From NCBI GenBank assembly GCA_964035545.1, contig OZ037766.1, positions 15,614,722-15,678,721 on the forward strand: 64,000 nucleotides of DNA, read 5' to 3'. The DNA comes from Bugula neritina. Taxonomy: Eukaryota > Animalia > Bryozoa. Positions 39,000 through 52,400 of this stretch are shown here, in pieces (positions within the stretch are counted from its first letter, which is position 1; each line of letters starts with the position of its first letter). Below the pieces are notes generated by a model that saw only the letters and a list, made by a program, of their open reading frames with translations, did no database searches and had not been told where the DNA came from. The position numbers were made by a program, and so were the translations under genes.

Positions 39000-39321
39000 A
39001 GCACCCCAGGGCTGAATTCGGCCCCCAGCTTATATTTATGTGGCCCTCAAAGACATAAAAAATAAAACTATTTTGCACGCATTTATAAATTGGAGTGGAA
39101 AAATCACCTTTAAAATGTCATATTTATATGCATTCTAAAAACATGCAGCCTGCAGTAACTATTGGGACTTCATTGTGAATAATTAATAAAAAAAAGGAAT
39201 TAAGTAATCTGAAAGTCACTGGTGCTGTGACCCCCAGTACAAGTTAAATTTTGCAATTTGGCCCTCACCATGGAATGTTCCAATTCAGTGGCCCTCGCTC
39301 TAAAAAGGTTGGACACCCCTG
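39000..39321. mobile_element. hAT(Charlie)-like MITE remnant
   Basis: Ends in aaaaaggttggacacccctg with GGCCC subterminal motifs; the same end occurs at ~60768-60786. Confidence 0.6.
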
Positions 39322-39890
39322 CACTAGAACAATGCAGAGTAAATATTATAAGTAATTATATAATAGTTATAGTAATGTAGTGTGTTGCCCAATCATCATA
39401 ATTTAATTTTTGGGCAACATAAAGCCCACAGCATGTGATTTTAAAAGGTGAGCAGTTATTTAGTGATCAATTTATGTTCTGGGTGGGGGGATTTAATGGT
39501 GACCCTCAAATCTCATGAGCTTCAGCCAACTAGTTGTCAGCAAAATTATCATTAACTATGCGGATCTGGAAGTTAAAGAGAAAACGCTGCAGTTGTAAAA
39601 CATTTGAGTTTATTATTCAGAAGAGGCTTGTTAAAAATGAATATTTTGTAGAATAAATATTTACAGCATTTAAAACACACATTTGCCTTTCCTATATCGT
39701 AGGTTTAGTTTTGTGATATCTATTATTGCTTAAACTTTATTGATAATATGTTCAATAAATCTCTAACCTTCCAACATAGAAAAAAGTGTTTTTGGACACC
39801 GTTAACTGCTTTTGGTGGTAACTGTTAACTTGACAAGTCAAAGAGCTGTTACATAACTGTTCTTGCAGGGTAGTTTGGAGTGAAAACATA

Positions 39891-42800
39891 ATGAGTCCAT
39901 TTCTCTACCATTCTACTGCATGGCTAAGAGAACAAGTTGGTTCAGATCCAAAGCGTGGCACTGCTATGTTAGTTGCTTCAGTGTCAGTCCCCGTGCTCAC
40001 AGCTTTTATGGTTCGAACTTATCGTAGACGATCCTTGCTCAAACAACGCAAAGAGTATGTTGCTGAAATGGAGTGTCAAATGAGAAGTAAAGAACAAGAA
40101 GTTGCATCTAGAGTAAGAGATGTATACACAATAGTCAGCTGCATCTAGCAAATATTCCTTTTAATTCTTTTTGGGCGCTGATGTGGTGTGCAAATGTTTT
40201 ATTTCCAGATTTCAGAAGAAAGAGCCAAAGAAATAACTTCACTTTCATTCACAGAGTTACAATCAAAGCTACAGAAGGGAGAGCTTTCTTGCATTGAAGT
40301 CTTATATGCCTTTCAGAGAGTTGCTTTCAATGAAAATGTTCAGCTGAATTTTATCGTTCAGCCAGTCTTGGAGGCCGAGGTATAAGTAGTTAACAGCAGT
40401 GCTATTAGCTTTACATTATGTTATTTTATTACTTTATGTTTTTTCTTCAAAAAGTGACTTACACTGTTCATATACTTACATTTAAATAAAATTTATTGTT
40501 AGTTTACTTACACACACTCTGTTCTTAGGAAAAATGCAACCATCCCTGATTTTTGCGTTTTAAAATTTTTGTAATTTTGATGACTGTTTTAGTTTACAAA
40601 AAACAAATTTAACGAGAATTTATAAATATATTTTTTTGTATTTGATCAAATTTTAGGACATGGCTAGACGGCTTGGCTCTTTAGATGCAGAAGCCAGAAA
40701 GAAGTTGCCTCTTTTTGGAATTCCAATTTCTGTGAAAGAGAATTACAACATGACTGGCTATAAATCTACTGTTGGCGTGTCGAAATTTATTTCGAAGACT
40801 TGTTCTGAAACCAGCGGAATTGTCCAGGTTAATAATCTGCTCACTGATGATTCTAGACACTAAGTATTTCTCTGCTTTATTAATTTTTTATGTTAGGGGA
40901 GCAACTGAAACAACTGCTATATTTTTCAGTAATAAATTTTACTAAACTCTTTATTTTTGAAAGACATACTCATTAGTGTTATATATGTAACTTCGAAAAA
41001 GTACTTTTTTGATTGAATTGTTCTTTTGATTTTGGTGATATAGAAGTTTTAATTTTAAGTTTTAACTATGAATGAATGGTTAGTGAAATATGCTCGTCTA
41101 CATTTAGCACTACATATAAGGTGGCCTGTGCAACGTACTTGTCAGCATCTCACAAATACTCTGCAGTAACATCATATTTTTGCAACCTTGTTAACAACAC
41201 GTATTGCATAGCATCTGCCTATATTTGTTATGTAATATTTTAAAATACGTTACCCTAAGTTTAAGGCAACATATGACGCATCTTGTTTGTATAAGATATA
41301 GACTGCCAAGCTCCAGTTGACACTGACTATTTCTTGAATTTTTTTCATGTGTTTAGATCGTTTACTTCGATTAAAAAGGTAAGCCCACACCTTTTATTGT
41401 GAATTGACAGATTCTAATCTATGAACAGCAAAGTCTAGACTATAGAATTTCCTGTAGGCTCTTGTAGATGCCGGGGCTGTGCCGTTCATCAGAACTAATA
41501 TTGCCCAAACAATGATGTCACTAGCCGCCCATAACCCCATATATGGTCAAACAAGGAACCCTCTAGATCTAGCACGTTCTCCTGGTGGCTCTTCAGCTGG
41601 CGAATCTGCTGCTATTGCATCTGGATCTTCTCTGATTGGACTTGGTTCTGATATTGGTGAGATTTCTAACATATGTTATAGGTCACTTGAATGCTGACAC
41701 ACTTTGTGGGTATACAATTGGAATATGTTTAGGTTTCTAAAATGTGTTGAGTAGTAAAAGATGGTTTGCAGATATTCTGTGATAAAGATTTTGGCAAATA
41801 TATTATGTGTGATTTAAAGTATTCTTTATGTTATTTTTAAAATAATATATTTATATAAAGTCATACCTGGTTAATGTGTGTTACAGTTACTTTTACAAAG
41901 TGTAGCCTATATATATATATATATATGATAAAGATTTTCTGCCATCAATCACTTTTTGTATCATTAAATAGCTCTAGACTGTTGACCTAACCAACAGTGT
42001 TTTTACACTGAAGGTATGTTCTACAATGTGGGAAGATGAAATGTTTAGTAACCTTAATGCATAATATAGGTGTTCAAATAATTATCTGATTTCGACGAAG
42101 ATTAGTTACGTATTAGTTTTTGTGGGATTTTGTCCTGCCAAATATGGCAGGAGTTGATGCACAACGTAGATGTATATGAATATCATTTTTCTGTACATTT
42201 TCTAAACTAAATGATCACATTATAAATGCACTTACTAAATTGCTCGGTAGGTTTAACATTTATGCTGGAAATTGTGTTAGAAAATGTAAATCTGCTTTAT
42301 TTCTTATTTCTTTCTTGCTAGTTATTTTGTGTAGTACGAGATATTTAGTCACACATGTTTCATACTCATACTTCTGTATATAGCTGGTAGTGTCAGAGTA
42401 CCTGGTGCATGGTGTGGAATAACTGCTCTGAAGCCAACAGCTGGAAGATTTTCTGTTTTAAACCAGACATCAGTGATCAAAGGTCAATCAGCAGGTACTG
42501 TCAACTCATAACTGTGTAGTATAATGTTCGTATATATAGCAACTCTGTCTATAACATAGCTTTGTAAAGGTTCAAAATAGAGCACTTCAAGTTTAGCTCG
42601 ACGGTTTAGCCTTCACTGTAAGAGTAAACATGCAACCAAACATCCGGTTAGATAAACATTCAAGTCTGTTGATTTGTTGATTGCAAAACTTAAAACGCAT
42701 CTTTTTGTTTGTTTTTTTAATGAGATTTTCATGGACATATAATATCTCACAAGAATTATTTATTATGTATTTATACATTTTTTAAAAGATATGATCAACT

Positions 42801-45800
42801 TTAGACAAGCATTAAATTGCTGAATACCAACACAAAAAATGTAACAAACACTAATTTTGCATTGCATATGTTATATTCCTAAATTGATTCCTTTTTCAAG
42901 CAAAAGAATTGAATCTTTACTTCTTGATGCGATCACTACTTAACAATTTTTTTCCCACTCCAATCCTGGAAAGCAAGATTTTTACAAAAATTGATTTCAA
43001 GTCAAGAATTACTTGTCATTCCTTTTCATCTTTTGAGCTTTCAGCGGACGCTCCATGTGTGTTATGGTTATGCTAAACTAAAGGGTTTAATTATAATGTT
43101 TATTTGCATAGATTCTACATCATTTTTAGCTACTAATACTCTTTAGATAAGGTCTATTAATATACTGGTTTTTTTTTGTGTAGGATATCATAAATATTCA
43201 AATAATTACATAAGCATTTTATTTTACTTTACTTATTTAAAACAGCATGTAAATGCAAAGTAGTGAAGTAAAATAATGGATTTGTTTCAATCCATGAGTA
43301 GTGAGCAAAAACCTAGAAACTGTATTTTGAGTGATACAATAATAATGCACTGGAAATAGAATCAATATTTGAACTAGTTATCTCAGCTGAGCAATTGTTA
43401 TATAATCTTAACAGTTTATAGCATTTGTATTGCATTCTTCAAAACTTCTTCAGTGGAATCACATATTAGTATTATTTGTTCAGTTAAAGGAACTTCTGGA
43501 CTAATGGCTAGAGAAGTTGATGCCCTTGTTGAGTTTACTAAAGTGGTCACATCTGATTTCCAGTTTCAAGTAGATATGTCAATTCCCCGGCAGTATTTTA
43601 AAGAGGAAGTGAGTATTTACAGACTAAGTACTATATATTTTGAATATGGTATATTCTACAGCGGTTACAGTGGAAAGGTTTCGAGGCTGTATACTCATGA
43701 TGCCAAACATGTAGCTGTGTGCATCATATGTTCTCATTTACTAAATTTAATGTTTGGACTATCAATGACCTCTGAATAATATATAATTCGAACACAAGTA
43801 AAGAAATGTTCAAACAAAGAGCTCCATTATTTTACAATAGGCATTACTTGTCAACAACTCGTACTCAATTTAATGAGTGGAAATGAATGATAGAATAATA
43901 GCTCATAGTTTTGTAATAAGATTAAAACTGACATTTCATAGTTAGCAGCATATATATATTTAGTGACATTAAATCAGTATAACTGTTTTAATTTATGGTA
44001 GGGTTATTTATCTAAGAAAATTGAATGGCAAGTTATCATAACAACTTGATTTTACTAACTTCTGATAAATATTAATAGAAAATTACTTTTATCGGAAGTG
44101 TTAATTTACCTTATATAGCAATATGGCTCACCAATCAGATTATATACATGTTCTTCTTGTCCTTTTATAACTTCATTTTATGCAATACTAGCACTAGCTA
44201 TAGCCTTTCGTTGAGCTTTTTTACCATTTTGATAAACTTGTATTTTCTTTAGTAGCAAGCAAACTTACATCAAACCTATTCTTTTGAATACTTTTGTGTT
44301 CTTATGGAGAATATCAATTCAATTAAATCAACTAAAAACGCTTATTATTTTACTGACTTAAACTGCAGGTATGCATCCATGTATTAGTATTGCCAATTAG
44401 CTGTCAGCTTACTTTATAGGAATATCTTTCCACTAAACCACTGACTATTGCATATTCTCGTTATTGGGCACCTGTTGAAGTCACTCAGTCTGCTCAGAGA
44501 GCAGTTGCTAAAGCAGCTGCAGAGTTGTCTAAACAAGGTCATAAGGTAAAATAGGCTACATGCATATTATAGTATTATATACACTTGCGCAAGTTTATAG
44601 TCACCATCCCTGTGAGAACCCCTGGTGGAAAGGGTTTTTGTTAAATGGAGCTAAGGAGTTATTCAGATGAGGCACAGGAGCAATTATGACTAGATGCTCT
44701 TCCTAACATCACCAATGGCCTTTATTGGGCTTGAACCCATCATGACTTCCTGCTTACTAGGCAAACGCTCTAACCCCTGGACCACGCTCTAACCCCTAGA
44801 CCGGCTGCTCCCTTATCTTGTAGTATGTAGTGTTATATACTGCTTATTAATCATTTAACAGTTTATCTATCACCGGGCTATTTTGGTAGTTTGCACATGG
44901 CTGGTGTATGATCAGCTGGTTGATATTCACTTAGAAACTGATGGGAATATGAGATGTTAGTCTGCTTTGTGACCATATCAGTAAATTATTGCATTTAAAC
45001 ATAGTCTGATGCCAGAAAAGTTGCTATTTTAAAGGACTATGTAAAACTCAGCCAATCAGAGATGTGTAACAACTTTAAAACCTAACCATTTAATATAAAT
45101 AAAATTCTGTAATTTCAAGTGCAAAATGCATACTTCTAAAAATGCCTGTAAAACTTTGGTTATGTGCACTAGTTTATTTCATGTATTAAATTTATGAGTC
45201 TTAAGATCATTTTTCAAAATGTTCAATTTAAGTGTTTGAAAAATACGATTGAGAGGCATATCTGCAAAAATACCCTGGTAGAGTTTCACCACAGACCAGA
45301 GTCTGTATAAACTTTAGGGTTCTACTATTACCCAACTTCCAGAAAATCGACTTATTGATCATTATGTCCATAAAAAACCATAAGTATGTTATGCAGGATC
45401 AGTTAGGGCTGTGGTAAACTCTATCAGGGTATTTTTGCAGACATGTAATTTTTAATTGGCATTTTTAAAAACACTTATTAGACATTTTGAAAAGTGAATG
45501 GAAATTTAAGATATGAAATAAATTATGCATGTAACAAAAAATGCATGGCTACTTTCTAGAAGTTTGCATTTTGCAGTTGAACTTGCAGAATTTCATATAA
45601 CTTGTAATAGTGAGATTATAGAGTTGATAAACACCCATGATTGGCTGAGTTTTACATGATCTATTGTAGGTAGTGGAATGGGATCTGCCGGAATTTCCGG
45701 ATATCCCGGCTCGTATGGCAGTGCAGGCTTACTTTGGTGATGGTGGAGAGCAAATGGTGAACAATCTGTAAGAAATATTTTCCATCATAATTGAAACTTT

Positions 45801-47828
45801 TTTCTAGCCAATATCTAATTACCACGTATCTTGTCTTTAATATCAGTATTTGCACTGATAACACATTTATATTTAGTCAGGAGTAAAGGAGTTATCCTGA
45901 AGTTTATAATGTACCTGCAGATATACAATTATATATTATGCAAATATATTATAAATTACTCGATCATATTATATTATATAGTATACAAATATGTTATATA
46001 TATAATATATATTGTGAAAATATGTTATGTAATATATACAAATAGTTTACGTATTTCAGTGCTAATGATGATGTATCATATGTTATACAAACAACAATGC
46101 GGGCTCTCGCTGTCAGCAACCGACTTAAGCAAGCTGTTGCCGCTGTGGCTCAGAAGCTGGTAAGTGTTGTATTTTGCTCTTCTCTGTATGATCTGTTCTA
46201 TTAAGTCAAACATCTGTTGTATATTTGTGTAAGCAAATTATCTATTACTTCTTTTTTGTTAATAAGGTTCAACTTTATTTCTTTGAAAATTTTGTAATCG
46301 TTTCAAAGAGTCAATTTAAGTAAGTAGTATTCTCCTAGTATGAAAAAAATTATGACTGTCTTGCATTTTGTTATTTGGAGAATTTTTTTTACAAAAAAGT
46401 TGACCAAATTTATGTGAAATAAACCATCAACATTTGATAATTCTGCTATATATCTGTTTTTTATATAATATTACTGTCAATTTAAAATGTTATGTTTTAT
46501 TGTCATTTCATACTGTAATATCAAATACATCATATATTATGCAGTCAATATACGCTATGCCTTGTCTATCAAATTCCTCACAGATTCCTCAGGATTGGAG
46601 GTACAAATTTCTGACTGGATTGGCTGGAGCTAAAGATGTAAATGAGTGGTTTGAGCTTCAGAACAAAATAACTGTAAGCCTTTTTATCTCTACTTAGCTA
46701 AGGGTTGGCGTTTTAGACATAATTCAACTAGGACCATTTTCAGTAGTCATTGTTCATTCAAGACCAGTTTATTCAACTATTAGCTAACGATGCGCAAATT
46801 GAAAATAAATACTATGTAAATTATCTTGTGACTATGTCCTATTTCTTTGATTGCCTGTAGATCAGCTAAACCCAGCAGCATAAATAACTTCTTTTATTGT
46901 AATCTAATTCACTTCTCTGGGTTTCCTATAAAACTGCGTCCTACTATATTCGAGTGATAAACAACTTTATGTTGACAGCAATACCGCAAGTTATGGATAG
47001 ATGACTGGAATAGGAAAGGCATTGATGTGCTGCTTGCACCAGCTGTACCAATACCTGCGGAGTTCATTAGTCCAAAGAAAGGGTGTTCTGCAGGTATTAA
47101 TTTAGCAGATATTTTGCTGTAAGTCACCTTTTTTATGAAAGAGTAATACGATTATGGGAACTATAACGTACACCATTCATAATGGGTGTATGTGTCTAGT
47201 CATGTGTTGTGCACTGGTCATGGGTTTGAGGGTATTTTACTATTAATCTTTTAGCTGCTGGTGCTTATGCCTATCCCGTGAACCTGGTAAATTTCCCAGC
47301 TGGAGTTGTCCCATTTGGTAAAATAACTCCTGAGGATGAAGAGAATGACTTTAGAAATTATCCTGACCAAGATTTGATGCAAAGGCGGCTTAAAGAGGTA
47401 TTTTTTCAGAGAGCATAAATACTGCAGTGATTTTATAGTTACTAAGTTTTTCGCTAAATGTTTGATTACACAAACTGTTTAAAGATTCTAAAATTGATTT
47501 GTTTAACAAACCTGTATAAGTTGTGACGTTGCTTTATTGACATTAAATTTGAAAAATAAATCTACCATTGGTTGTTACAACTAATAAAATGTTACTGAAA
47601 ATGGGTTTTGAAGTAGGACTTTACTTGATGTTGATAAATTAACTAGCATAATGTAAAGCATGCTGACCTTGGACATTAGTTCTCCGGTATGACAACTTCA
47701 AATGCCTATTATTTTAGAATATCAAAGGAAGCACTGGTCTACCACTCAGTGTACAGTGTGTAGCTCTGCCTTACAGAGAAGAGATGTGTCTTAGAGTTAT
47801 GAATCTCATCTCTAAACTCAACCAATAA
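39891..47828 (+). CDS. FAAH: FAAH-like amidase, copy 3 (~593 aa). Exons 39891-40112, 40209-40379, 40657-40827, 41458-41656, 42384-42494, 43484-43608, 44420-44545, 45670-45767, 46060-46159, 46584-46673, 46979-47093, 47255-47397, 47718-47828
   Basis: Close paralog of copy 2 with identical exon sizes and an intact triad (SVKE, GGSSAGE, DIAGSVR). Confidence 0.92.
44590..44809 (-). mobile_element. tRNA-derived SINE
   Basis: Matches 59656-59860. It is absent from the copy-2 intron and is flanked by an imperfect 13-bp direct repeat (44570-44582, 44828-44840). Confidence 0.8.
45034..45664. mobile_element. ~630-bp fold-back MITE ending at the exon-8 acceptor of FAAH copy 3
   Basis: gtaaaactcagccaatca (45041) pairs with tgattggctgagttttac (45638-45655); further nested inverted segments lie inside. 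Confidence 0.75.
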
Positions 47829-49450
47829 ATTTCTAGTCTGCTGTAGGGATTTATCTAGTTATTCGTACCTTCATGGCTCATTGAAAATGGAACATGTCCA
47901 ACTCCATTAGTCTCTGCATAGTTGTTACCTGTATTCATGTTGTAATACTAGTCATCAAACTTTTCAGTTGTCAAACCATATGATGTTACTCATTTATACA
48001 TTCTAGCATTTTTATATCGTTTACATTATATTATTTCATATTTTTGGTATATTGGATTTTCTTCTATATATAATCTTGGTTTTGTAGTTTTGCTGATCAT
48101 TGGTAAAGTCACTTATTTAATTTATGTATTCTGTAGTATGGGAATAAACACATGACTTGAGGTTGACTAACTGTCATCAGCTACTGTTTTATCTTATAAA
48201 GATAGTAGCACTAAGGCCTGGATAATGTAAGTCTATTTATGATATGATTTGCTGGGTCATAGTTTCTATAGCCATGAGTTGCTAGCATTGCCTTCAACTG
48301 TGTTCTTGCACAGCTCATGAGGATAAAAACTTTTGTTTAATAATTTATTCACAGAGGCTAAAGTTGTGCATAAATACAACTACAATAAGAATTTAAAAGG
48401 TATGCACTAGTGGGATATTACTGGTGTAGTGCAGTATAACTAAATGGATAATAGTATCTCGTACTATTATACACTGCTACAATTCCATAATGTAGCTGCT
48501 CACTAAGTAACTAAGTCTCAGTAAGTGCATGGGGAAGGCAACCCCATAGCAACACTAAGTGCAGCCAGTGAGGTTATTATTAGCTACTCTGTCCTATTAT
48601 TACTTGGTTAGTCAATTGCATGAGCAGCCTACTTGCATATGTGACTGACATTTGCTATTTCTGGGCTATGCTTATAGTGTGTAACAATTATTATAAAGAG
48701 TTGAGATAACACAATTCTAGTGATTCTACTTTAGTTACGAATATTCCAAATTTCTCTGATAGCATGTGAACTCTGGCAGTTTCGTTAAGTACGGGTTGAT
48801 GTCAAGGGTCACAGTAGATAATGACCCAAAAATGTCAAACACCATTGACGATGGCTTTGCTATGTAGTGCTTTTATGATGTTTTAAATCAGTACTACTAT
48901 ATATACTTGTTGCAACTTTAATTTAATGAGGGATTGGCTACAGGTATTGGCAAAGGCTGCTGGTTCTTACAGATAACTTTCTAAGTGATCTATTCAGAGT
49001 AGACTATGATTTATATCACTGATTTATTGATTGAGCTCTCTTGTTAATAAGAAGAGTAGTCTATCAAGCACGCGGAGCAATTTTTACCAAAAAAATTCTG
49101 TACTCCACCACTTTAATAAGCGAATTCCAAGTTACTAACATCTTTTCTATGCTTTTATTATTACTAAATTGACCACAAAATTTATTTATAAACATTCCGA
49201 AACAACTTAGTTTTACTATCAATAACTTTATTGTTAAAGAAGCAGTATTGAGCGTAGTATTATTCTGTTTTAAATTTTGAAATAGTAAATTGTTATTATG
49301 CTGTAAGCCTGCAACAAGGAAGTAAATACAGCCAAAACTTCTGCCAAGAATTAATGGCTATAAATTAGGTGACTGCCAATTTTAAAGTAGGCCAGCTTAA
49401 GGCAAATTTCAACCTGTGAAACATCATTATGAGGAAAGCAGTGGACAATA

Positions 49451-52400
49451 ATGAACGTTAAAAGGGTATGCATTTGGCTTATAGTTGGCGTCACTTTGCT
49501 TGTACATAGAGTATGCAATGAACAACATGACATCGAGTACTTGTGCTCTGCAGCTCAGAGTAATAGTAAGTTACCTACTTGACTATATTAGTAGAGTATG
49601 TTATGTACTTAACTACGCTATATGAGTATAATAGTTATGTACTTGACTATATGAGTGCATACATATCACTTATAGGACATTGCAAATTTATTATTATGTC
49701 TACTATAATATATAATTTTACAGATCTTAATACAAAGAAGTTATATAGCCTATATAGTCTATTGTTTAACTGAATACTGGTATAATGCATGCACTTATAT
49801 AATATTATGATTAACTGAATTGTGAAAAAGCTTTTTTAATGGTGATTAAAATTTTATATATTTTGTTTGATAGTTAATTATGAGTAAAATGATAACTGCG
49901 TACCATCTATATCATCTATATCGGATTGCAAGAGCTAATTATTTTTTGTAACCGTTAAACTAATATTGGATATAACAATTTTCTTAATTTGTTTTGTTCT
50001 GTTGCTGGCTAAATTTTACCTAAATATCATATTTATTATCTATAATACAAGTTTGCAATCTATAATGTATACTTAGAATGTCTTAGCAAGTTTATTTACA
50101 TGCAGCCTAGTTGAATTGGCAACAAATGCCTTATGCAATATTATAAAATGCTCAGCTATGCCAACCCCTTTGCAACTGCACATTCTTACTTTTTTCAAAA
50201 AAGATTTTCAGGTTACACTTCTGCTGAATGGGCACTATGGGAAGGAGTGTGAGCACCAGAACTCAAGATGGCCGACACATGTGCTTCATACACAGCTGGC
50301 CGAATGGCAAAATTTACTCTCCAATAAGATTGGTGGGAAATAATCATGTTTTAATTGAATATAAAATTAAACAGGCTGCCCATTTGCATTTCAAAGTTAA
50401 TATTTGACTTTCACAGCCAACTTTATAACAATTTAATCTACAGCCTGCAATTTTATCTAAAAGATTTTTACATGACAACTAAAATATTGCTTTGATTTAT
50501 TGAAAAAGCTGTTCAAGCTATATTGGGATTCAAAAAATTTTAAAAATTTGTTGTTGCTTGAAATTATAATAATTTTTTTCTATTTTCAGGCGTTAGTGTG
50601 ATTGACACATGCAGTGACCCTGATATAGCCGCTAAGGTAATATCTGAGAATATTCCATATACCTGGACAATAGCAGATCCATCTATTGGAAGAGCAAATA
50701 ACAGTGTCTGTACAGCCAATGGGAGCTCTCCCATAAATATAGGTAATACGTAGTATGCATTATAAACAACATAGACGACATACATCCAGGAGCTTAACCA
50801 CTTATCATATATGAAGTAATATACATCTGTACATAGTTGAAGCTTAAATTTGTCTTGTTGCTTATTTTTATGATGAGTTGAATATAAAGATACTGGTGTA
50901 GACAAAATATCAACCTTTATACAACATCTATACAAAAGAAAAAAATGGGTTTATAGTCGCTATCCATATGAGAACCTCTGATGGAAAAGTTTTTTCTATT
51001 GTGGCGAAAAAGCAATTGCGGCTGAATGTCCTTCCTAACATCACCAATGGCCTTGTGTTTACTAAGCCTGCGCTGTAACCACTAGAGTCTATACCATGAT
51101 TATTATATAGTTTTACAATAACACAGTTGTGCAGCTTATTCTTTCTCTCTAGCAACTTCCAGCTTATTGGCTATTACTATAGCCAATAAGAAACATTTAT
51201 CATATCGATATATTTATTCTATATTCGAATTTTATATGTTGCACTACCTCTTCATTACTGGTATACTTCTCAATACCTATATACTTTTGGCACATGCAGG
51301 GTTTATATCGGAAACTCTTCCCACTGGGTATGAGACGAAGGAAGGACTGTTAGGTAAAGTTAATGTGCCCCTCATTATAACTGTAGACTGGACCACGACC
51401 AATCAGGATACCAATGTGTCTACAGCTGTTATTAGTATCGGTAATGACTTGGAAAGTAAACTTGAGGTTTGCATAGTTAATTCTCAATACCTTCTATTAA
51501 TGTTGCTGCATTAATGTCAAGTCTTATAGTGACTAAGTAAGATTTATATTACATGAAATACTTTTTTCCTGATTATGCTTAAAAATACTCACCCATGTGG
51601 TTTACTGTCTGTAACATAAACGATGATTGCACATCAACACTATTAATAGTTTATTGGTTGAAATTATACAAGAGAGCATGGGTCTTCTTTGGGAATTTTT
51701 AATAATTTTTGTTAATCTGTAGCTACAATGCTTATTATAGACATGTTTATTTAAATTAATGCTGTTGCTTACTAAAATTGATATATGCTACATACATGTT
51801 TAAACCCATTGTAGTCGTTAGCAGTTTTGATGGTAAATATGGATTGGGACTACATTACTGCCATCTATTCTGACGATGTGATTGGGCATAAGAGTCTGGG
51901 ACTGTTCCAAAATATTTCTCACCATCACCAGATCTGCATTAATAAATCTATCAGTATAACTTACAACACTGAACTGGACATTTCAGATATTGTAACTGTT
52001 GGAGTTGTGCTACTTGGCTCAGAGGGTATAGGTAAGTTTTCTATTAATGCAAGTAAAAGAATACTTATTAGCACCTATACCCATTTAGCAATACGGCGGA
52101 GTAGTCTTCTCCACTGTAATATATCAAGCCAGGTGGTTGATGGCCCTAGTGTTATTGAATGTATTTATCTCATTGAAAACAAACTTACCTCTTTTCAAAC
52201 AAAGGAAGTGTATTTCATAATATTACTATAACGACTGAGCTTCAAAGAAAAATTATAGTAAAATATTATATAAAGTAATGATAATTAATGAAATAAATTT
52301 AGCATGATTATGACAATGTTTGTAGGAACATGCAAGCTTATCATGTTTTGTAATATATTTTGTACACTTAGGATTTCATCTTCTCCAACATCTAACTCCA

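Noticed and set aside
25237-47828. FAAH copies 2 and 3 as an assembly artefact (uncollapsed haplotypes)
   Set aside because: The introns are substantially diverged, carry different TE insertions, and there is a defined duplication junction.
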